Shown one piece after another: positions 9,594-16,945 of a stretch of 44,583 nucleotides of DNA (its first letter is position 1; each line of letters starts with the position of its first letter). The translations under genes and the position numbers were made by a program. Source of the stretch: a virus (taxonomy: Duplodnaviria > Caudoviricetes); IMG/VR virus record IMGVR_UViG_3300010371_000017, positions 1 through 44,583 of that record, one strand, 5' to 3'. Below the pieces are notes generated by a model that was given only the letters and a program-made list of their open reading frames with translations, was not told the DNA's origin and made no database searches.

Positions 9594-9856
9594 TGGATAC
9601 TGATATAGCCTTACTACTACAGGCCATAAACAAGCAACAGGATGATATTAAGTATATTCGTGACAAGGTAGATGTTCAAGGTGACAAGATAAATGATTTA
9701 TGCAATAGACAGGTAATGACTGAACAAGAAGTAAAGTCAGAAATATCCACAAGAGTAAAGAACGAAACTAGCAAGTACAAGTTTATCACCATAGTATTTT
9801 CAGGCCTTGGTGGTGTAGTGTCTGCAGTTGCTACACTAAAGAGTATGTGGCATTAA
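9593..9856 (+). CDS. Coiled-coil protein with C-terminal TM helix (XhlA/holin-like architecture)
   Basis: Heptad-rich N-terminus, hydrophobic C-terminus. Confidence 0.55.
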   Translation: MDTDIALLLQAINKQQDDIKYIRDKVDVQGDKINDLCNRQVMTEQEVKSEISTRVKNETSKYKFITIVFSGLGGVVSAVATLKSMWH

Positions 9857-9885
9857 GTTAATATTCTACCAAAACAATTACAATA

Positions 9886-10045
9886 TAGGTTAGGGGCAAT
9901 CGTAGCGATATTACCGTCTCAGGACATGGTAAGTGCCGTCTATTCCGAACTAAAGCCCAAATGGTGAACCTGCCTGGCCAAGTGTTAGGCCCTACAAGAG
10001 GAATAGGTGATTTATCATCTATTCTGAACGCACCACTATCTTTTT
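9886..10045 (+). ncRNA. Putative structured ncRNA unit A
   Basis: Stems TTACCGT/ATGGTAA, GCCTGGC/GTTAGGC, GAATAGGTGA/TCATCTATTC, TGGTG/CACCA; ends in a T-tract; no credible ORF. Confidence 0.55.
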
Positions 10046-10068
10046 ATTTAACTATAACTAATTACTAT

Positions 10069-10148
10069 CAAGCGATTTAGGGGTGTAACGCTTCGAGGCC
10101 TCACAACCTAGGATAAGTGACAAGCCATAACCCCTCGACATCTTTTTA
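10069..10148 (+). ncRNA. Putative structured ncRNA unit B
   Basis: AAGCG/CGCTT hairpin whose loop AGGGGT is complementary to ACCCCT (10130-35); competing TCGAGG/CCTCGA; TCAC/GTGA; T-tract end. Confidence 0.5.
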
Positions 10149-10171
10149 TTCTAGTCTATCGTAATACATTA

Positions 10172-10464
10172 TGCTAAGGCCACTATTTGGACTGACTCTG
10201 AATAGTTTAGTAATTGGGCGTAGTGAATATCAACCAATGGCCAAAAGAGGATTCACAGCCTGTCCATAGGTCAGAATGGAAAATGGTCATTTGCTCAAAT
10301 CTCTTGGCCTGTCGTCTCAGAACGACCAATAAGAGGTGGTGACTCTGCAACATGCGGAGCCCACTGTCGAGGCATTTAATAGGTTGGTGGTACAATCCAA
10401 TACCTCATAGACCTCACGCTTCGCATAGGAGTGTCAGGCAGAGGAAAAAACCACAATCTTTTTT
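10172..10464 (+). ncRNA. Putative large (about 290 nt) multi-domain ncRNA unit C
   Basis: Many stems (CTATTTGGA/TCTGAATAG, ATTGG/CCAAT, TCCAT/ATGGA, GTCGT/ACGAC, CTCTGCA/TGCGGAG, ACGCTTC/GGAGTGT) plus two loop-mediated pairings; T-tract end. Confidence 0.6.
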
Positions 10465-10489
10465 AATCAGGCCTTTGTATACTACTTTG

Positions 10490-10638
10490 ATGGGGCTATC
10501 ATACCATCTCACCTCACATACTGTTTTGGTGTGATAGTCCTCACAACAACGAGGGAAAGCGTTGTACTTAGCAAGACTGGGCCGTTTCAGTTGGTAGGTG
10601 TCTCAAGCCCTGGCAACTGAAGGGCCAATACTTTTTTA
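10490..10638 (+). ncRNA. Putative structured ncRNA unit D (three hairpins)
   Basis: 15-bp helix 10492-10506/10527-10541 with G-U pairs; ACAACG/CGTTGT; long stem TTCAGTTG/CAACTGAA; T-tract end. Confidence 0.6.
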
Positions 10639-10661
10639 TTATAGTTGTTTGTAGAACTATT

Positions 10662-10797
10662 GCTCTACTCCGTACCCTAGAGGCTACTGGAAATCGAGGA
10701 CACGAAAAACCCTGAGCCAGTGAATTAGACCAAATGAGAAATTACAGTGGTACTCTAGGCCAATTAGAGTATTATCAGAAGGTTAATTAGAGGGTAC
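10662..10797 (+). ncRNA. Putative structured ncRNA unit E or structured 5' leader
   Basis: CCTAGAG/CTCTAGG, ACTGG/CCAGT, and an alternative GTACCCT/AGGGTAC; follows a TTTTTTATTATA element. Confidence 0.4.
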
Positions 10798-10812
10798 TAA
10801 TCAGTCAAGTCA

Positions 10813-11178
10813 ATGGTGGATAACTTCATCCTCTTTATTCTGGCCTCTGTAGTTGCAGGGGAAACATGGAATAACGCAGGTTATTTCAGCGACTGGATAA
10901 AGAATAGGAATGATCCAAATTGGAAAGGCTTTGATGTTAAAGCCCTGAGAAATGACCTTTTGTTAGGTCTCATCTTGGGCCTGGGTATCATAGTCTATTC
11001 CTCAATAGTAGCAGGTACAAGTAATGCTATCACCATTCCACAAATCACTACACCACAGATATTCATATCAGTGGTAGCAAGTCTGTTCGGTACAGTAGCA
11101 ATAGTTGATAAATTTATTGTTGGTGGAATTGGTAGAGCAGTAACCCTGCGAAAACCAAAGGCTCCTGGAACAATCTAG
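10813..11178 (+). CDS. Multi-TM membrane protein (holin-like architecture)
   Basis: Two to three hydrophobic helices and a basic C-terminus. Confidence 0.6.
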   Translation: MVDNFILFILASVVAGETWNNAGYFSDWIKNRNDPNWKGFDVKALRNDLLLGLILGLGIIVYSSIVAGTSNAITIPQITTPQIFISVVASLFGTVAIVDKFIVGGIGRAVTLRKPKAPGTI

Positions 11179-11223
11179 GGCCATCCCTAATCTTTTTATA
11201 TTCAATGTATACCACTAAATAGT

Positions 11224-11796
11224 ATGAAACTTGTATTTTCTGCTATTGTTTTATGTCAGATTCTAATTGTATTGGGTGCTTTACACTCTGCAAGTGCAAA
11301 TCAATTTCCAACATTTGGATTTTCAAACTCTACAAAATATGAGAGTTGTATAGATTACATGCATAATGGAACATCTTGTTTCCAATATGAACAACCATTG
11401 AAATTATCACCAAATCAAACTGCAGGTCTTAATTGGTCTATGGATATTATTGCTCCAAATAACACATGTAATATCAAAGGTACAATCATAGGTTCTACAG
11501 GTGGCTGTACATATTCTTCAATCGTTTTAACTCAAGCAGACTTTGACTTGCTTAAACAAAATCCTTCAGTATTAGCAGTAGTTCGCATACAACAAAGTGG
11601 TATGCCATCACAAGACTATTGCCCAGTTGCATTATGGACTTGGGCCTCACAAGATGATTCATTCAAGGCCAAATACAATGAAACTCTAGTAGTACCACAA
11701 AAATGTCTTAATCCAGTTCCAGAGTTTCCAACTGCTGAAGTGGCCATGATAATTGCATTTATTACGTCATGTGTATTGGTAATGAGATACAAATGA
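11224..11796 (+). CDS. Secreted surface glycoprotein with PEF-CTERM-like archaeosortase signal
   Basis: N-terminal signal peptide; C-terminal VPEFP + TM helix + RYK; six N-x-S/T sequons. Confidence 0.75.
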   Translation: MKLVFSAIVLCQILIVLGALHSASANQFPTFGFSNSTKYESCIDYMHNGTSCFQYEQPLKLSPNQTAGLNWSMDIIAPNNTCNIKGTIIGSTGGCTYSSIVLTQADFDLLKQNPSVLAVVRIQQSGMPSQDYCPVALWTWASQDDSFKAKYNETLVVPQKCLNPVPEFPTAEVAMIIAFITSCVLVMRYK

Positions 11797-12602
11797 GCCT
11801 TTACACTGACTTTAAGAATTGGTGGAATAACACAGAACATAAGATAGAAAACAAGTACGGATGGCGTAAAGACAATCCTGACCAACGAGATCATTTGTTT
11901 GTTGGTGATGTCATGCCAGTTCAAATCTTACCATCCAAGGTTGATTTATCTTCAAAATGCCCACCTGTTTATGACCAGGGTGGCCTGGGTTCTTGTACTG
12001 CCAATGCTATTGCAGGTGCTATTGAATTTGATTTATTGAAACAAGGACTACCTGACTTTATGCCTTCAAGACTTTTCATCTATTACAATGAGAGGGCTAT
12101 GGAAGGTTCAATCAACTCAGACGCAGGGGCCATGATAAGAGATGGAATCAAATCAGTAAATACTTTGGGTGCATGTCACGAATCAGCATGGCCTTATGAT
12201 ATTTCTAAATTCACTTGGAAGCCAGGTGCTGATCAATACATAGACGCATTGAAACACAAGGCTGTACAATACAAGAGAATATACAATGAGAAATCACCAA
12301 GTCTTATGAAATTATGTTTGGCCAATGGTATTCCATTTGTATTTGGATTTACAGTATACGAATCATTTGAATCTCAAGCAGTATCACAAACAGGTAATGC
12401 TCCATTACCACAACCAAATGAGAAGATTCTAGGTGGCCATGCAGTATTAGCAGTAGGATATGATGATAGTACACAGAGATTCTTATGTAGAAACTCCTGG
12501 GGTACTTGGTGGGGTAATAAGGGATACTTTACACTACCTTATGCATACTTGACCAATCCAAACCTAGCAGACGACTTTTGGGCCATCCAAGTAGTAACAT
12601 AG
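11793..12602 (+). CDS. Papain-like C1 family cysteine protease
   Basis: DQGGLGSCTANA (catalytic Cys), GGHAV..VGYD (His), RNSWG..WG..GYF (Asn). Start at 11793 inferred from the ATGA overlap. Confidence 0.93.
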   Translation: MSLYTDFKNWWNNTEHKIENKYGWRKDNPDQRDHLFVGDVMPVQILPSKVDLSSKCPPVYDQGGLGSCTANAIAGAIEFDLLKQGLPDFMPSRLFIYYNERAMEGSINSDAGAMIRDGIKSVNTLGACHESAWPYDISKFTWKPGADQYIDALKHKAVQYKRIYNEKSPSLMKLCLANGIPFVFGFTVYESFESQAVSQTGNAPLPQPNEKILGGHAVLAVGYDDSTQRFLCRNSWGTWWGNKGYFTLPYAYLTNPNLADDFWAIQVVT

Positions 12603-12638
12603 ACAGATTTATCTAGGCCCAGTTTTATTACCTTATCA

Positions 12639-12830
12639 ATGGATAAGACAACTAATGTACAGAACGGTCAGACAATTTATCTTGGATATATCAAAGTTGA
12701 TACTTCTAATTACCAATACAGATTAGATTTAAAGAAAGCCTTTACTTCAAAGGAGAAATATGAAGAATGGAAGAAAGAAGTTAATGGAATGGGATTTGAT
12801 ACGGATATGAGAGGAATAGACCTTGTCTGA
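12639..12830 (+). CDS. Small hypothetical protein
   Basis: TATA-like element upstream; weak resemblance to ORFs at 1771 and 7160. Confidence 0.55.
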   Translation: MDKTTNVQNGQTIYLGYIKVDTSNYQYRLDLKKAFTSKEKYEEWKKEVNGMGFDTDMRGIDLV

Positions 12831-13026
12831 ATCATCAATCAGTCTAGAAGAAAGTGAGGATTTAACATTAAGAGAAAGTTCTTGGTTTTCTCATAATATG
12901 ACTGCAATCAAATGTAGGCATTGTAAGAAGCCACTCTGCAAGATGGAAGTTAAGATATGCCTGAAAGGTTGGAAATCTCTACATCATTATTGTTGCTATG
13001 TCTGTTATCAGGAGCATCATGTATGA
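12823..13026 (+). CDS. Cys/His-rich Zn-binding protein, paralogue B
   Basis: Near copy of 4757..4960. Confidence 0.75.
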   Translation: MSESSISLEESEDLTLRESSWFSHNMTAIKCRHCKKPLCKMEVKICLKGWKSLHHYCCYVCYQEHHV

Positions 13027-13175
13027 CCGATAATAACAACGGTTTAACTACTTGGGCCACGACTTCAGGTAATTCTAATACTAAGATTTGCCCTTGTTGT
13101 GGTTGTATGACTACTATAACTTGCATGAAAGGTGCTTGTTCGGGTTGTCATGGTATGGGGTTGTGTCATCATTGA
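13023..13175 (+). CDS. Cys-rich microprotein (CPCCGC...C...CSGCHG..CHH)
   Basis: ATGA-coupled start at 13023 within the track ORF 12957..13175. Confidence 0.5.
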   Translation: MTDNNNGLTTWATTSGNSNTKICPCCGCMTTITCMKGACSGCHGMGLCHH

Positions 13176-13242
13176 CTGTTGATATAATGAGTTCAAATCA
13201 CTAATCTAAACTATAAATACTAAAATCAACAACTTTATTATC

Positions 13243-13803
13243 ATGGGTGCTACTTATGCAGTTCAAAGAGGTACAGGAGCAGGGCCTACATGGACTACAG
13301 TTTCTAACGTAAGATTCAGAAGTGACGACGCTAACACATCCGATTTAACCAATCCTTGCATTATTGATTCAGTATTACGTCATTCATTTTGGGCCAACGT
13401 TTGTATTACTCCAAGTGGTACTTTCACCCAGGTATCCAATATAAGACATTACTCTGATGGTGCTATAGGATGGACATTTGGTACTAATGGTGGTTTATTT
13501 AGAGGTAATCGTGATTCTGGAGACAAAGGTGTTCCAGATGGTTCATATCAACAGGCCACAGGTACTGCAGGAACTGATGGTGATCCAATCGAAACAACAC
13601 ATACTTACTACTCTGGCCAGACTACCAAGACTACAAACATACAATCTGATACTACAGGTTCTCCAGCATTAATAGATTCTTCACTCATTACTGTAGCCGC
13701 AACAAGATCAAAACATATTGTAATGCAAGTTAGAGTAGACACAGATGGAACTAGTGGAGTACAAGCAACAGAAACACTAACCTGGCGTGTTGATGAAATT
13801 TGA
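13243..13803 (+). CDS. Putative virion structural protein (Thr/Gly-rich, beta-rich)
   Basis: Composition; TATAAATA promoter at about 13212; first gene of the fibre operon. Confidence 0.6.
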   Translation: MGATYAVQRGTGAGPTWTTVSNVRFRSDDANTSDLTNPCIIDSVLRHSFWANVCITPSGTFTQVSNIRHYSDGAIGWTFGTNGGLFRGNRDSGDKGVPDGSYQQATGTAGTDGDPIETTHTYYSGQTTKTTNIQSDTTGSPALIDSSLITVAATRSKHIVMQVRVDTDGTSGVQATETLTWRVDEI

Positions 13804-14294
13804 CGAAACAGTGTTTTTATTGGTCAGTAGACTTTGAATCAGGGTATCATATATCACAGTTTACTCCAGATGGTAAAGAGATTCTAATCAAGGATATTAC
13901 AGGCCCTGAGTGTTGGACTGATAAAGGTCTCAACATGAATAGTAACTTTTTTGGTAAACTAGAGGCAATACATGGTAGAGTAACCAAGGTATCATGGAAG
14001 CCATTTAGCAAGGAACTGACTGAGAATATACTAAAACAAGATCCAAGTGCTGAGATAATACTATTTAAAGAGGCCAAGGACATTTACAGAGTAATTCCAG
14101 ATAACAAATATGCTACTATCAAGAAAACAATAGATATTCAATACAAGCCATTTGGAAAGACTTTGGATACAAACGCCTATATGTCTGCAGTATCTATTGG
14201 TGAGTTTCCAAGAAAATTCCACTGGATTAAAAGATTAATAGGATTAAAACCAAAAGGTAAGATATATGAATTTCAGGTGGGTATTAAATGGTAG
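13800..14294 (+). CDS. Hypothetical protein (possible fibre assembly factor)
   Basis: Coupled to its neighbours in the operon. Confidence 0.55.
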   Translation: MTKQCFYWSVDFESGYHISQFTPDGKEILIKDITGPECWTDKGLNMNSNFFGKLEAIHGRVTKVSWKPFSKELTENILKQDPSAEIILFKEAKDIYRVIPDNKYATIKKTIDIQYKPFGKTLDTNAYMSAVSIGEFPRKFHWIKRLIGLKPKGKIYEFQVGIKW

Positions 14295-15988
14295 CAACTA
14301 GAAAACTGGCAGGTAAGAAAGGCCCCCAGTTACCAAAGAAGGCCACAGGCTTTGTAGAGACTTCTACTACTAGATGGGATGGTAATGACGCTGTGGCCCA
14401 ATGGGGGTTGGATAGAGGTCAAGATCCATCTTATGCTATACCAAGAGACGCAATTAACTCTGACTTGCGTTTACAAGGTTCTCCATTAATCAGACTCACA
14501 GGAGATGAGTTTGTAACTTCAGTTGAATCTCAATTAAACCTTTTAGCAGATTTGACAGCAACTGTGGGTTCAGGCCCATTAACTAATAACAACGCTGTAA
14601 CATTTGCAACTGAAACAGTAGATGATGAATCATCACTTTATGAACAAACAGTGGGTAATTTTGCTTCTACTTCATCACAATATCTTTCATTACCAACTGG
14701 AACTTCAGTCCAAGTTGGAACTAATAGTTTCTTAGGTTCTATAGCATTTAAGACTAATACTACAGGAGCATTACAAGTTATGGCTTCTTATGGATCACAT
14801 GTAGCGGCAAAGGCATATTGGGAATTTAGAATTAATGCCGCAAACATATTAGCCTTTGAGATTTGGGATGGAACCACAACAAATACGGTAACTGATACTA
14901 TTGCTTCTAGATGGCAAGACAACAGGTGGCATATTGTAACTGCTTTGGTAGATAAAACGCTAAACATAATTTATCTTATATGTGATGGTATATCAATAGG
15001 TTCAGTTGCAGTAACAGCAAGTAACACACTTACGATAGCAGGAGAGAATCTATACATTGGTGCATACAAGACTTCAGGTGCGGCCATAGCAGGTTACTTT
15101 AACGGTTCTTTGGCCCTATTCAAACTAATCAATAACTCTGCAGATTACAATGTTCCTGCAGTATGGAATATGGGAATAAGAGAGGGATTTTCTACAGGTA
15201 CTTTTACTGTTCCAACAACAGACGCTAACAAAAGACTTAACCAAAAATTCGGTACACCAAACTCAGATTTATATTATGCTTACACAACAGCCCCATTTGA
15301 GGATGGAGAGTATGAAATACAAGTAGTGTATGAGAAATCAACAGCAGGTGGAAAACTGGATATTCTAATAGATGATAACACAATAATCTCAGGACTAGAT
15401 ACATATAACGGTTCTACAACTCATAACAATGTTAGTAAATACTATGGAGTAAAAATTGCAGATGGTAGGCATTATATCAAAATAAAGAATAATGGAAAGA
15501 ATGGTTCTAGTTCAGGTAATGCAGTAAACTTACAATGGATTAATTTCATCAAGAGAAGGGGCCATGAAAACGGTGGTTCAGGTGACTTTTTATTATTGTC
15601 TGATGAAATAAATGAAAGATCCAATACAGCCTGGGTATTTGGTGTTCTAGGCTCAGGAATATATAATAATGAAATATTCCAATCTTCAGCCTCTAATCTC
15701 AATTATACAGAAGGTTCTATTTTCATAAAGGGTGGACTTTATCGTATAGATTATATTTACGAAACATATATTGATAGAGCATTAGTTGATGTATGGATAG
15801 GTAACACACAGATAATTTCACTATTAGATTGTTATGGTGGAGCAGTTGAGAATAATATAAAAACAGTCTATGTTAGATTACAACAAGGAAAGAATAATAT
15901 TAGAATATCCGCAAACGGTAAAAATGCAAGTTCGTCTAACTATTATGTTATAATGCAGGGATTACGTGCTGTGAGGTTGAGTGACTGA
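14288..15988 (+). CDS. Adhesin/fibre protein: LamG/ConA-like domain plus two CBM-like beta-sandwich domains
   Basis: DNRWHIVT..VD...IYLICDG and LYIGA...YFNG (LamG); repeated G.Y.I...Y....G..D......LD.Y......G.H.I.I...GKN.SS domain. Confidence 0.7.
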   Translation: MVATRKLAGKKGPQLPKKATGFVETSTTRWDGNDAVAQWGLDRGQDPSYAIPRDAINSDLRLQGSPLIRLTGDEFVTSVESQLNLLADLTATVGSGPLTNNNAVTFATETVDDESSLYEQTVGNFASTSSQYLSLPTGTSVQVGTNSFLGSIAFKTNTTGALQVMASYGSHVAAKAYWEFRINAANILAFEIWDGTTTNTVTDTIASRWQDNRWHIVTALVDKTLNIIYLICDGISIGSVAVTASNTLTIAGENLYIGAYKTSGAAIAGYFNGSLALFKLINNSADYNVPAVWNMGIREGFSTGTFTVPTTDANKRLNQKFGTPNSDLYYAYTTAPFEDGEYEIQVVYEKSTAGGKLDILIDDNTIISGLDTYNGSTTHNNVSKYYGVKIADGRHYIKIKNNGKNGSSSGNAVNLQWINFIKRRGHENGGSGDFLLLSDEINERSNTAWVFGVLGSGIYNNEIFQSSASNLNYTEGSIFIKGGLYRIDYIYETYIDRALVDVWIGNTQIISLLDCYGGAVENNIKTVYVRLQQGKNNIRISANGKNASSSNYYVIMQGLRAVRLSD

Positions 15989-16944
15989 TGAACGTAAGAG
16001 TTTCAGTTAATGCAGGAGATCAAGACGCAATAATAACTTCTACTGATTCAGTAACAATAGGTTACACAAATAATACGTCATGTAGATTCAATGGTTTTCT
16101 AACACAGGCCAGTAATGTAGGTACTGCTAATGCTTGGAAATTCACCAGGTTTTTCTCCAAGGGTGGACTTTACAAAGTAAGATTTGTTTACAAAAAAGAT
16201 ACAAATTGTGGAAAGGTAAACATAGGCCTAGATTCTAGTGCTACTTCAATAGTATCAGCATTGGACACCTATGTAGCAAGTGCAACATATAATAATGTAT
16301 ATGAATCAACTCTTGAGATAAGTAGAGGATTCCATGATATAACATTCGCAGTAAACGGTAAAAATGCAAGTTCGTCTAACTATCAAATACAAATGGAAAC
16401 TATACAATTTGATCCAATACAAGAATATCAATTATATCAGGATGATAAACCTGCACAGACAAACCAAGGTTCTATGGTATTATTAGGAAAACACAAGGCC
16501 GCTGTTGCAGAATCTACATTCACTTTTAATTTAGCTGATATTACAGATACAAAATATTCTGAAGTAGTAGTAGTTGTAAGAGGATCTGAAACAGCGGCAT
16601 TAAGTCTTTTAATGAAAGTCAATGGATTATCTGCAACATATTTTGGAAAAGGTATCAGTTCTGATGGAACTACGGTATCAGCAGTAAACATATCAGGTGC
16701 GTCCTCATGGACTTTGCTTGTTGGAACAGGCGCAAATATCATATCAGGTCATGCAACAATAAAACATGCTAATGGTCAGATAATGGGTGAATCTATATTT
16801 GGTGAAGGAACAGGTACAGAACGAACTCTTAGTTTGTATCAATCAGGTTCAGGATTTCCGTTATCCAGTATCACAATTGCAACAAGTACATCAACTTGGG
16901 TTGCTGGTACTGAAATAGAAATTTACGGAGTAAAGACAACTTGA
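15988..16944 (+). CDS. Adhesin/fibre protein with a third CBM-like domain and a distinct C-terminal domain
   Basis: KGGLY...GKNASSSNY shared with the upstream gene; C-terminal GTEIEIYGV fibre-tip-like ending. Confidence 0.65.
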   Translation: MNVRVSVNAGDQDAIITSTDSVTIGYTNNTSCRFNGFLTQASNVGTANAWKFTRFFSKGGLYKVRFVYKKDTNCGKVNIGLDSSATSIVSALDTYVASATYNNVYESTLEISRGFHDITFAVNGKNASSSNYQIQMETIQFDPIQEYQLYQDDKPAQTNQGSMVLLGKHKAAVAESTFTFNLADITDTKYSEVVVVVRGSETAALSLLMKVNGLSATYFGKGISSDGTTVSAVNISGASSWTLLVGTGANIISGHATIKHANGQIMGESIFGEGTGTERTLSLYQSGSGFPLSSITIATSTSTWVAGTEIEIYGVKTT

Positions 16945-16945
16945 T

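Noticed and set aside
9886-9962. Pistol ribozyme (GGTTAGGG...AAGCCC)
   Set aside because: P1 stem and the conserved AAAUA linker are absent, and the spacing is wrong.
10207-10534. Track ORFs 10207..10395 (-) and 10352..10534 (+)
   Set aside because: Atypical composition; they overlap each other, and the + ORF crosses a terminator/promoter spacer; probably spurious.
10578-10627. Twister ribozyme (GTCTCAAGCCC resembles twister L4 GUCCCAAGCCC)
   Set aside because: No L1 internal loop with UAA/GAG and no T1/T2 partners; it folds as a simple long hairpin.
7632-10797. tRNA genes, or RNase P, SRP, hammerhead or HDV-like RNAs among the structured units
   Set aside because: No cloverleaf with a GTTCRA T-loop, no CUGANGA/GAAA core, and no RNase P or HDV topology recognisable by eye; a cmscan run is still needed.
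15913-16383. Diversity-generating retroelement TR/VR pair
   Set aside because: Repeats are short and identical, with no adenine-specific mismatches and no reverse transcriptase in the genome.
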